From positions 64,001 through 128,000 of the IMG/VR virus record IMGVR_UViG_3300048837_000984: 64,000 bases of DNA; one strand, given 5' to 3'. The stretch is from a virus. The notes below the pieces were generated by a model, which worked only from the letters and a program-made list of their open reading frames with translations, made no database searches and was not told where the DNA came from. Below, piece after piece: positions 56,763-64,000 of this stretch (positions are counted from its first letter, which is position 1; every line of letters begins with the position of its first letter). Position numbers and translations under genes: made by a program.

Positions 56763-58670
56763 TTATTCGTCAAGAAGTACTGATCTCTTTTTCTTTCGAC
56801 TGCCTCCAGTCTTGCCGAACATCTGCGCCTGGAGCATTTCTCCTCCTTGGCGCTGGAGCTGTCGGCGCTTGTCGTCCATGATCGACTTGACGATCGGGTG
56901 GAGACTCGGGTCCTTCTTTTTGAGCTGGATGAGCGTCGAGTCTTTCTGACTCTCCGACATACCCATGATCTGGTTAGCCAGATACTCGGCTCGAGACCAC
57001 TGCTCTTCCGGCGTAGTGGACTGGTGCGGTCCAGTCGGCAAGTTGGCCAGAACATCCTGGTAAGCAGCGCCCGCAGGGCCAGCTGGCTGTCCGCCGGGTC
57101 CTGGCGGAGCCCCGCCACCCTGCTGGGCCGGAGCCCCCTGTTGCTGCGGTGGTGCGGGCGGCTGCATCATCTGTTCCTGGACGCTGGCCTGTTCCATACG
57201 CTCCTGCAGCTCGGCCTCGGACTTCGCCTGGAACTGCTGGTCGTCCATCATGCGGCGAACTTCCTCGCGGTAGTCCAGACCCACCGACTTCATACCGGTC
57301 GAGGGGCTGATCTGTCCGCCAGTCCAGAGCTGCAGCTTGGTCTGCTGCCGTTGCAGGTCGTCAGCGTGCGTGACGCGCGCCATTCTGGCTTTCACCGTCT
57401 CCCACGACAAAAGCTGCGAAATCTGTTTGACGAGGAAACGCAGGAATCCGTTGAAGTTGTGCGGCAGTGTGCTCCAAGAAGCCTCAAAAAGACGAAGGGC
57501 AGCTGGTGCCGCCTGGATCTGGAGACTGCCCTTGTAAAGCTCCACAGGCACGCCAATTGAGTTGAGCAGTGTTTCCATGCCCTGGTCCATAAGCTCTCGA
57601 GGGGCCAACTGCTTGGCGTCACCACCGATGGCCTGGTACTGAACCGGAAACGGTAGCGTGTTCCACTTGGCTGGGTCTTTTCTTCTGTCTCGCAACATGC
57701 GGTGAACATGGGACATGAAGCCGCCCAGGTTCTGGTTAAGCAGCGTATCGCCACCGCGTTCCTTGTCACCCGGGACGGGCGTTATCAGCCGGAACGGGAT
57801 AACGTAGTCCAGGGCGATGGCTTCGTTATAGCGGTGCAGAACCTGGACGTACCAGGCCTGGCGGAAGTTGGACAGGACGCGACTGATACCCCAGCCCCGG
57901 TTGTGGAGGCCAGCCAGAGCGTCCTCACGCATGTGATAGATAACGCCGCGCTCAAAGAGAAGGTGGCGGTTCTCCTTAACAGCCTGGATAACTTCCCAGT
58001 TAGCTCGTTCGAGGTGGTAGAGTCTGCCTTCTTTAATGAGGCGTCGGTAGGTATCCGGGATCTTCCAGATGTAGTCGCAGTCTTCTGTGAGTGGGTCCCA
58101 GAGAAGCTCGATCTCGTGGGGGTTCCACCTCTTAATTTTAAAGTCCGCCTCAGAGCCAGATCGCCGGTCAATGTGATTCCACTTGCCGGAGGTCTTGCAC
58201 TTGGGGCAGGTCGCGCGGAACTCGAAGTTGGACCAGCTGAAAGCGAAGGCCTGGTTAGAGTACACCTCAGCCAAGGGAGCTTCCATGCAGCCCTTGGGGC
58301 AGGCCAAATAGCGACGAAAACCGGGGAGGATACTAGTGAAACTGTTCCCGTAGCATGCGGAGTCTAACCCTATGATGTGTAAGGCGTTACGTATATCGAT
58401 GGTCTCGTCCAGGAAGGTCAGCCACTTATCTCGCTCGTCATCCGAGCAATCCGAAATGTCGATGTCGGTGATGAAGTAGCTAAGGACCCGGTCGATAGCC
58501 TGGCGATACGTACCGTTCGTGCAGAAGAGAAATTCACACCATCGCAAGACGTGCTGGTTTGCCTGCGGCATCGCCAGAGATGCGTAGTCCAGAAAAGGGT
58601 CTGGAAAGTTCTCCGACAAGGAGGACATCCAGCTGCTTCCTGGAGATAGCGAAGTTGACGAGCCGAACAT
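56763..58670 (-). CDS. probable portal protein (large phage type) with CxxC insert
   Basis: 635 aa; YGNSF, GWGIS, IPFRLI, SIGVPVEL, Q/P-rich C-terminal tail; lies upstream of the putative virion genes. Confidence 0.6.
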   Translation of the reverse strand: MFGSSTSLSPGSSWMSSLSENFPDPFLDYASLAMPQANQHVLRWCEFLFCTNGTYRQAIDRVLSYFITDIDISDCSDDERDKWLTFLDETIDIRNALHIIGLDSACYGNSFTSILPGFRRYLACPKGCMEAPLAEVYSNQAFAFSWSNFEFRATCPKCKTSGKWNHIDRRSGSEADFKIKRWNPHEIELLWDPLTEDCDYIWKIPDTYRRLIKEGRLYHLERANWEVIQAVKENRHLLFERGVIYHMREDALAGLHNRGWGISRVLSNFRQAWYVQVLHRYNEAIALDYVIPFRLITPVPGDKERGGDTLLNQNLGGFMSHVHRMLRDRRKDPAKWNTLPFPVQYQAIGGDAKQLAPRELMDQGMETLLNSIGVPVELYKGSLQIQAAPAALRLFEASWSTLPHNFNGFLRFLVKQISQLLSWETVKARMARVTHADDLQRQQTKLQLWTGGQISPSTGMKSVGLDYREEVRRMMDDQQFQAKSEAELQERMEQASVQEQMMQPPAPPQQQGAPAQQGGGAPPGPGGQPAGPAGAAYQDVLANLPTGPHQSTTPEEQWSRAEYLANQIMGMSESQKDSTLIQLKKKDPSLHPIVKSIMDDKRRQLQRQGGEMLQAQMFGKTGGSRKKKRSVLLDE

Positions 58671-58684
58671 CTGCAGCCTCCGTG

Positions 58685-58843
58685 CTACTGATCTTCCCGG
58701 TTAGACTTCGGAGGTTTCTCCGGTTTTGCGGCCTTTGCCATCTTCTGGTAAACGACGGACTCTTCCAGGTCCTTGGCTTCCTTCTCTGCAGAAGCTTGTT
58801 TGTCGAGCTTAAGGTCCGCATCCTCGACGCCGCGCTTTTCCAT
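58685..58843 (-). CDS. small charged protein
   Basis: MEKRGVEDADLKLDKQASAEK...; 52 aa with K-x-A. Confidence 0.5.
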   Translation of the reverse strand: MEKRGVEDADLKLDKQASAEKEAKDLEESVVYQKMAKAAKPEKPPKSNREDQ

Positions 58844-58849
58844 TGTAAG

Positions 58850-59617
58850 CTACTCCTCCATGAAACGCTCACGGTCCACAATCAGGATCGAAAACTCATA
58901 GTGCTGGAACTTGAACGTCGTTCCCGAGTAGTAAACCAGATACAGGACATCTGGCTGGCCGTTCTCTCCTTCCACTAGAGCAGCGAACGACTTGGGGTTC
59001 CCATCTTCGTCTTCCAGGACCGGCGGAGTATACCGCGGCGAGTCCTTGCGAGACGTATCCAGGACCAGCACGAGGGCAGACTCGGCCCGGATGACTTGGT
59101 GGTAGTAGGTCGCGATCTGACCAGCGCCAGGCAACTCGAAAGTAACCTTGCGCGGCTGAACCGCCGGTACAGTTGGAGCCACAGCCTTGGTCGCTTCAGC
59201 CATCAGGTGCCTCACTTCTGAAGACGCTTCCTTCTTCACCTTTGCCGGTTCCTCTGTCTGAACCTGGGTTGGTTGGGCGCTGGGGCTGTTCCGCAGCTTC
59301 TGCATCTCAGCGTCGAATTCCTTGTAGGTCTCGATCGCCGCCATCTTGGTGTCTGAGTAGATCTTGTGGTTTTTGGCGATCAACCGCTGCATGATGTGGT
59401 TGTACTTCTCAACTTCCTCAGCTCGGATCAGGATGCAGGGTCCACCGGCCTTGTCAGTCAAGTAAACCACAAAATCTCGCGGCTTCCGGACGTCATACGC
59501 GCTACTGCTGCCGTCCCGAGTGGCATCAGCGATGACAATTCCGTCCAGGCCGGCATAGTCCTGAGCGGTCCGGTAGTTGTTGTAAGCTACCTTTTCCTTA
59601 CGCACGTCGTAACTCAT
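58850..59617 (-). CDS. hypothetical protein
   Basis: 255 aa, GGAG RBS. Confidence 0.7.
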   Translation of the reverse strand: MSYDVRKEKVAYNNYRTAQDYAGLDGIVIADATRDGSSSAYDVRKPRDFVVYLTDKAGGPCILIRAEEVEKYNHIMQRLIAKNHKIYSDTKMAAIETYKEFDAEMQKLRNSPSAQPTQVQTEEPAKVKKEASSEVRHLMAEATKAVAPTVPAVQPRKVTFELPGAGQIATYYHQVIRAESALVLVLDTSRKDSPRYTPPVLEDEDGNPKSFAALVEGENGQPDVLYLVYYSGTTFKFQHYEFSILIVDRERFMEE

Positions 59618-59669
59618 GTCGTCTCCTGGTTGGTTCTAAGATTATTACACAAACGGACTTGGACAGCCA

Positions 59670-59707
59670 ATAGCTAAAAAAATGACCAGGGCAAGGTGCC
59701 CTGGTCA
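59670..59707 (-). terminator. terminator
   Basis: TGACCAGGGCA stem plus TTTTTTTAGCTA. Confidence 0.75.
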
Positions 59708-59712
59708 AACGG

Positions 59713-60951
59713 TTAGCTGTTGTACATCCACTCAAGCCCCGAAGGGCATCCAGTGAAGTCCCAGAGGGTCTGCCCAGCCAGACCACGCAAGGACTTATCT
59801 CGAACAGCGACCGCTGGTATCCAGACCAGCTCGTCCGAGATTATCGACCGCCGGAAGGCCGACGTCGGCAGCTCGACCACCGCACGGATGGCTTTGGTTG
59901 CCGGCCGCTGTGGGGACGACAAGCTGAAGAATCCCGTTGGGACGGCGTAAACGCCCCCGACCTTCTTCATGCTTGCTGCCCAGAAGTCGGCCACGGCAAA
60001 TTCATATGCCGCGTCGCCAATCTGTGACCGCAGCGCCTCGACGTCGCGGCAGGGCCGAACATTACCAGGGACGGCCTTCCCGATGGTGGCCCAGGCCGGG
60101 AAGTTCGCTGGCCTGCCTTGGCTCAGCCAGGCGTTCACACGACTGACCAGAGCCCGGCGGAATTCCGGGCTCTCTTCCGGCTGCACCGTATCCTCTTCTG
60201 GAAAGAGGAAATAGGTCGCCGGGAAGGGCACGACCTCCGACCAGTTGCTCTGTGTAAGCAACGTTTCGATCTCCATGTGGAGAAGGATGGCTGCCTCCAC
60301 GGACTCTGGGTGGGCCAGGTTCAGCGCCGCCTGGTCTTTGTTCCATCGCCCTTTAGGGGCGAAGTTGGCCATCCTGGCTGCAATCGTGCGGTTTTGCCCG
60401 CCGACGAGAATTTCGCCGGTGGTCTTGTCCGAACCCAGCAGGTGGACCTTAAAGTCCAGTGCGTGGAACGGTCGGCCGGTGTGGCCAACATGACGCCGCG
60501 ACACCAGCGTCACGCACCGGACGTCCTCCAGACCATAAAACCCTCCGATGGGCCAGTTGACACGGGCATGCGCCTTGATCCAGGACATGCTCAGCATGCC
60601 ATAGGACCGACGCTTGATGTCAGCTGGCACAGCGATCACTTGGAACGCGTGCCAGAGGACCAGACGGTCCTCAAGAGACAGCCCGGCCACAAGGGCACGG
60701 AACTGCTCCCGCACCGCCCGGAGCAGCAGCACGGCATCGTCGCCGCGCACCTGGTCCAGGCTGTAACCGCACATGGGGCTTTCGGCCCCGACAACGGTCG
60801 TACGAAGCCCGGTCTCTTCGAAGACCTTGCCTCGGTCGAACTGGCCCAACTTCAGCAGCTTGGACACCTGAACTTCGTCCAACGGCCGGCCGCGCTCAGC
60901 CGCCAGACGGATCGAAGTTGCGAGACCATCGTCCAACATGACTGGATTCAT
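59713..60951 (-). CDS. hypothetical protein
   Basis: 412 aa, GGAAGG/AGGA RBS. Confidence 0.75.
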   Translation of the reverse strand: MNPVMLDDGLATSIRLAAERGRPLDEVQVSKLLKLGQFDRGKVFEETGLRTTVVGAESPMCGYSLDQVRGDDAVLLLRAVREQFRALVAGLSLEDRLVLWHAFQVIAVPADIKRRSYGMLSMSWIKAHARVNWPIGGFYGLEDVRCVTLVSRRHVGHTGRPFHALDFKVHLLGSDKTTGEILVGGQNRTIAARMANFAPKGRWNKDQAALNLAHPESVEAAILLHMEIETLLTQSNWSEVVPFPATYFLFPEEDTVQPEESPEFRRALVSRVNAWLSQGRPANFPAWATIGKAVPGNVRPCRDVEALRSQIGDAAYEFAVADFWAASMKKVGGVYAVPTGFFSLSSPQRPATKAIRAVVELPTSAFRRSIISDELVWIPAVAVRDKSLRGLAGQTLWDFTGCPSGLEWMYNS

Positions 60952-61020
60952 GTTGGTTCCTCCTGGTATATCGGCAGACGTCAGCCGACTGGCTGACTCT
61001 TAATCTGCCGACACGAGACC

Positions 61021-61245
61021 TTAGCGGAACGAGCGCCTTACGGCCTGCTCGTAGACGCTTTGGTCAATAAACAAAATGACCCCCTGGCTTCCCCGGGGGC
61101 CGTTGTCATCGATGATGACCTTGATTTTGCCATCAAGTTTGACAGCTCGCTTAACCTTCCTGCCTTTGTAGACGGAAAGGTCGACCGTATTACCTGTTTC
61201 GGTTACTCCCTGCCCAAGGCCCGAGAGAATACGCAATTGAGGCAT
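61021..61245 (-). CDS. small hypothetical protein
   Basis: Start uncertain. Confidence 0.5.
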   Translation of the reverse strand: MPQLRILSGLGQGVTETGNTVDLSVYKGRKVKRAVKLDGKIKVIIDDNGPRGSQGVILFIDQSVYEQAVRRSFR

Positions 61246-61433
61246 ACGATCGCTCCAGTAACGGCCCAGGCCACAGCGTGGTAGCCCCAGCTACCACTGA
61301 GAACTCCCCACCCGAAGGTAAGGAGAAGCGCCCCCGACACCGGAATGTCCAGGAGCGCGAACTCGACAGAGGGACCAGCAGGGGCTGGCTCCTCATACTT
61401 TCTCGGTTTCCCTTTGAAGTTGTTTTTCCTCAT
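61203..61433 (-). CDS. small membrane protein
   Basis: Two TM-like segments. Confidence 0.6.
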   Translation of the reverse strand: MRKNNFKGKPRKYEEPAPAGPSVEFALLDIPVSGALLLTFGWGVLSGSWGYHAVAWAVTGAIVCLNCVFSRALGRE

Positions 61434-61451
61434 GGGAAAAAAATCCTCCTA

Positions 61452-61488
61452 AAGCCCTTTAACGCGCGACGTGTGCGTTAAAGGGCTT
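61452..61488. terminator. 14-bp stem hairpin
   Basis: AAGCCCTTTAACGC / GCGTTAAAGGGCTT. Confidence 0.55.
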
Positions 61489-61519
61489 CAGATTAAATTG
61501 ACACGAAAACAGGTTGTTT

Positions 61520-61894
61520 TTAGACCGTGTCTTCGCCTTCTGGCGCAGGAGGTGGTGACGGCGGCGCTTCTTCTTCCAGAAGCTTGGCGTTCAGTTTCTG
61601 GTAGTTCGAATCGATAGAAGAGCCAGATATGCTACCGCTCTCGTCGATCTCACCCGGAACATCTGGTTCGAACAGCGGAATCGGATCCTGCCCGGGAATG
61701 ACCATGAACTTTCGAGCACCACGCGTTAACCGGATAGGTTGCCCGTAGAAAAGGAAAACCTGCACATCATTGTCCGATGTCTCGGCCAAGAGACCCTTGA
61801 CATACGAAGTTAGGTAAAGAAGCGAAGTGAACGACTTCACCGACGCGTAGCCGTTCAGGACAGTGACAGCGGAGTAGCTTTCAGTTTCCGACAT
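61520..61894 (-). CDS. hypothetical protein
   Basis: 124 aa. Confidence 0.6.
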   Translation of the reverse strand: MSETESYSAVTVLNGYASVKSFTSLLYLTSYVKGLLAETSDNDVQVFLFYGQPIRLTRGARKFMVIPGQDPIPLFEPDVPGEIDESGSISGSSIDSNYQKLNAKLLEEEAPPSPPPAPEGEDTV

Positions 61895-62195
61895 CTGTAG
61901 CGTTCTCCTGCGATTCTGGTGGCTCTGGCTCGTCTTCGGCACCTGGTGGGGCCGAGTCAAAACCAGGGTCGACCGGCTTTAACGGTTGAAGGAGAAGTCG
62001 ACCGTCGCTGGCGTTAACTGACAGGATGAAGCTTCGGACGTTGCCGGCCTTACCCTCCACATCCAAGTACGCCACAGTCTTGACCTTCATGCCCTTGACA
62101 AATGATGGGCTAATCAAGACCTCTTCGACCGGCGGCTTGCTGTTGACCTGGACCTCAGTTCCAGGGTCAACCGGTAACGATAGACGAATCTTCAC
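61881..62195 (-). CDS. hypothetical protein
   Basis: 104 aa. Confidence 0.55.
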   Translation of the reverse strand: MKIRLSLPVDPGTEVQVNSKPPVEEVLISPSFVKGMKVKTVAYLDVEGKAGNVRSFILSVNASDGRLLLQPLKPVDPGFDSAPPGAEDEPEPPESQENATDVGN

Positions 62196-62814
62196 GGCCT
62201 TCTCCGCGTGTAAGTAGTGATCTTGTGAACTCCAGTGTCCGATTGTCTGGCGCCACCTTCATCAGAACGGGAAAAGCGGGCCACGGCTTTTCGTCCCTGG
62301 AGACAAGAAAGATGCCGTCGTTGGCAGCAACAGTAAATACCTGGATGGCAGCTTCTGGTTTATCATCACCACGAACCAGGTTCTTTTCAATGGCGAGAAC
62401 GTCTGGAATGAAAGCATTCTGCAAAATTGTCGACCAGGCCCTATTTCTCGCTGGATCGACAGCCGAGGTAGCTTGCAGGTGCTTCTTGACCTGGTCCCAC
62501 GAGGCGCGTTCGACTGCCCACAGTCCACTAAGCAAGTCAATAGACGCCGGGGGCAGCGTCGTCCTGGTGCGAAGAAACTGAATGCCGAGATTCACCCACC
62601 CGACCTCGATATCCGGGTTGATCTCCAGAAACTCGTCGAGCGGACTGCGATCCAGACCACCGCAGACGTGGAGGAGAGCGGTCGAGAAGATGACGAAGTC
62701 GTGAGACAGTTCTCTGAGCGTCGCCTTGGGGGACATAATTTTTTTGTTGATGGCATTCAGTGAAATCTTCGGCACGTCTGCCGTTGAGATTCCTTCTTTC
62801 TTGGGTAGTCCCAT
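62167..62814 (-). CDS. hypothetical protein
   Basis: 215 aa. Confidence 0.65.
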   Translation of the reverse strand: MGLPKKEGISTADVPKISLNAINKKIMSPKATLRELSHDFVIFSTALLHVCGGLDRSPLDEFLEINPDIEVGWVNLGIQFLRTRTTLPPASIDLLSGLWAVERASWDQVKKHLQATSAVDPARNRAWSTILQNAFIPDVLAIEKNLVRGDDKPEAAIQVFTVAANDGIFLVSRDEKPWPAFPVLMKVAPDNRTLEFTRSLLTRGEGREDSSIVTG

Positions 62815-62825
62815 GTCGCCCTCGC

Positions 62826-62857
62826 AAAAAAGAAATTCCCGGCCAGAAGGCCGGGAA
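62826..62857 (-). terminator. terminator
   Basis: TTCCCGGCC-ttct-GGCCGGGAA plus TTTCTTTTTT. Confidence 0.65.
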
Positions 62858-62880
62858 AGGTGAGGAGAAAACTCAGTTTC

Positions 62881-63393
62881 TTAGCAAGCCGGACTGAAAG
62901 TTCTTCTCCCGTACTCGGCCAAACATACTGCGTCTGCTGCACCGTCGTGGTCTTCGTCATCTAGCCGAATGTCGAAACCTGGATACAGGTTGCGAACAAA
63001 GGCTATCGTCGCTTTCTTATCCTTCGCCGTGCCTTTCAGGACGTTAGCTTTCCAGACTGTCGGCAAGACGGCAAGAATTGGTATGGTCTTCCTGGCTGCG
63101 ACGTAACCGCGTATCTCGCCGAAGTTTCTGAAAAGAGCCGCAGTTGCAAAGACACCGTTTCCTGGAATGAACGGCGGGTGCTCTACAACTACCAGGTCTA
63201 CACCCTCACAGTACTCGTCCAGAACCTTGACCATGTCCGGCAAGTGGACTTCCTTCTTGGCCCTGGCCTTGCCACTTGCCCGTTTGCCAGAAGAGACGTC
63301 GACAGCCGGCATCGGTGTCCACTTTTCTGGCTTGTTGTCACGAAAGAGAACAATAGCTCCCTTGTTACCCGGGTCGATCGCGCAGATCAGCAT
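62881..63393 (-). CDS. RuvC-like Holliday junction resolvase
   Basis: CAIDPGNKGAI, VVVEHP, NFG, PTVWK, DGAADAVCLA. Confidence 0.85.
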   Translation of the reverse strand: MLICAIDPGNKGAIVLFRDNKPEKWTPMPAVDVSSGKRASGKARAKKEVHLPDMVKVLDEYCEGVDLVVVEHPPFIPGNGVFATAALFRNFGEIRGYVAARKTIPILAVLPTVWKANVLKGTAKDKKATIAFVRNLYPGFDIRLDDEDHDGAADAVCLAEYGRRTFSPAC

Positions 63394-64000
63394 CAGTCAG
63401 TTCTCGCATCTTGTTGAACAGAAGATGGGTCACATAAGCGTCAAACCCGGCGTCGTGAGCCTCATTGACATCAAGATCGTGATCAGTAGCCAGATCATAC
63501 TTGGGGATGCAGTGTCGGTCGAGAGACCAGTGTACGCCCTTCAACCGACTGGCGGCGATCCTTTGCGCAAAGCTACGAGGCGTATCACCTTCGCGAACGC
63601 CCATCAAAGCCTGGGAGGCCTTCTCTACCATCCCCGTATCGAAGACCTCGTAATCGTTGAACCTGAAGATACCGCCGAGGGTTCGCTCAAAAGCTTCCTC
63701 AATGAACTTGCAATCGAACTGGTACCCGTTGTGGGTCAAAAAGAACAACCGGTCCTGGCGAGATTTCGTGAGAAGCTTCCAGTACCGGTCTAAGACTACT
63801 TTGGCCGGCTCTCCCGCCGCAACCTTTTCTACAGTGAGCTGGCTCTTGCGTCCTGAAGCCTCCATAGCGCTCGCCAGCTTGCTGATTCTGTTCACCAACC
63901 AGAGTCGATCGGTGGCTGGGTCGTCAAGCCAGTTGATAACGAACGATCCTTTGTCTTGCACTTCCCCGTCGTTAACAAGACAGTGACCGATCTGCCAAAT
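63365..64000 (-). CDS. DEDD (DnaQ-like) 3'-5' exonuclease, 5'-partial
   Basis: Frame open to the window edge (IWQIG); THNGYQFD, FDTG, AHDAGFDA. Confidence 0.8.
   Translation of the reverse strand: MWQIGHCLVNDGEVQDKGSFVINWLDDPATDRLWLVNRISKLASAMEASGRKSQLTVEKVAAGEPAKVVLDRYWKLLTKSRQDRLFFLTHNGYQFDCKFIEEAFERTLGGIFRFNDYEVFDTGMVEKASQALMGVREGDTPRSFAQRIAASRLKGVHWSLDRHCIPKYDLATDHDLDVNEAHDAGFDAYVTHLLFNKMRELTDADLRDRPG

Noticed and set aside
60118-60996. Long plus-strand ORFs (e.g. 60118-60996, 6456-7076, 21382-21990, 63167-63793)
   Set aside because: They are antisense shadows of well-supported minus-strand genes, with no recognisable motifs.
1-64000. Diversity-generating retroelement or transposon driving the paralog diversity
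   Set aside because: I recognise no reverse transcriptase, transposase or integrase, and no TR/VR pair with A-only mismatches, in this window. One could lie elsewhere in the genome.

Overview
This looks like a 64-kb segment of a large tailed-phage genome. Essentially every gene is on the minus strand, the standard genetic code fits, and start/stop coupling is frequent. The host is probably a planctomycete (Gemmataceae-like), inferred from two host-type families that are heavily expanded here: 7 'TEAEW...L.DAL..AG...HLR..G.H..GCW..DL' proteins and about 14 TIGR02996-like proteins. Layout by coordinate: 1-8.4 kb, an array of about 46 translationally coupled 50-80 aa micro-ORFs carrying an x-A-x-L motif; 8.4-30 kb, accessory paralog families and Zn-ribbon proteins; 30.5-33 kb, XRE regulators flanking a RAMP/Cas7-like gene followed by four (GGY-NN)n + hairpin non-coding units, a candidate RNA-guided system and the top finding; 33-44 kb, Met aminopeptidase, two CAT-anticodon tRNA genes (one degenerate), two more micro-ORF clusters and a metallophosphoesterase; 44-52 kb, low-complexity putative virion proteins with recurring K-x-A motifs; 52-64 kb, WD40-like, HD-like, glycosyltransferase, probable portal, RuvC-like resolvase and a DEDD exonuclease. 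All family calls come from motif recognition by eye. No database search was run, and hand-derived coordinates may be off by a few nt.
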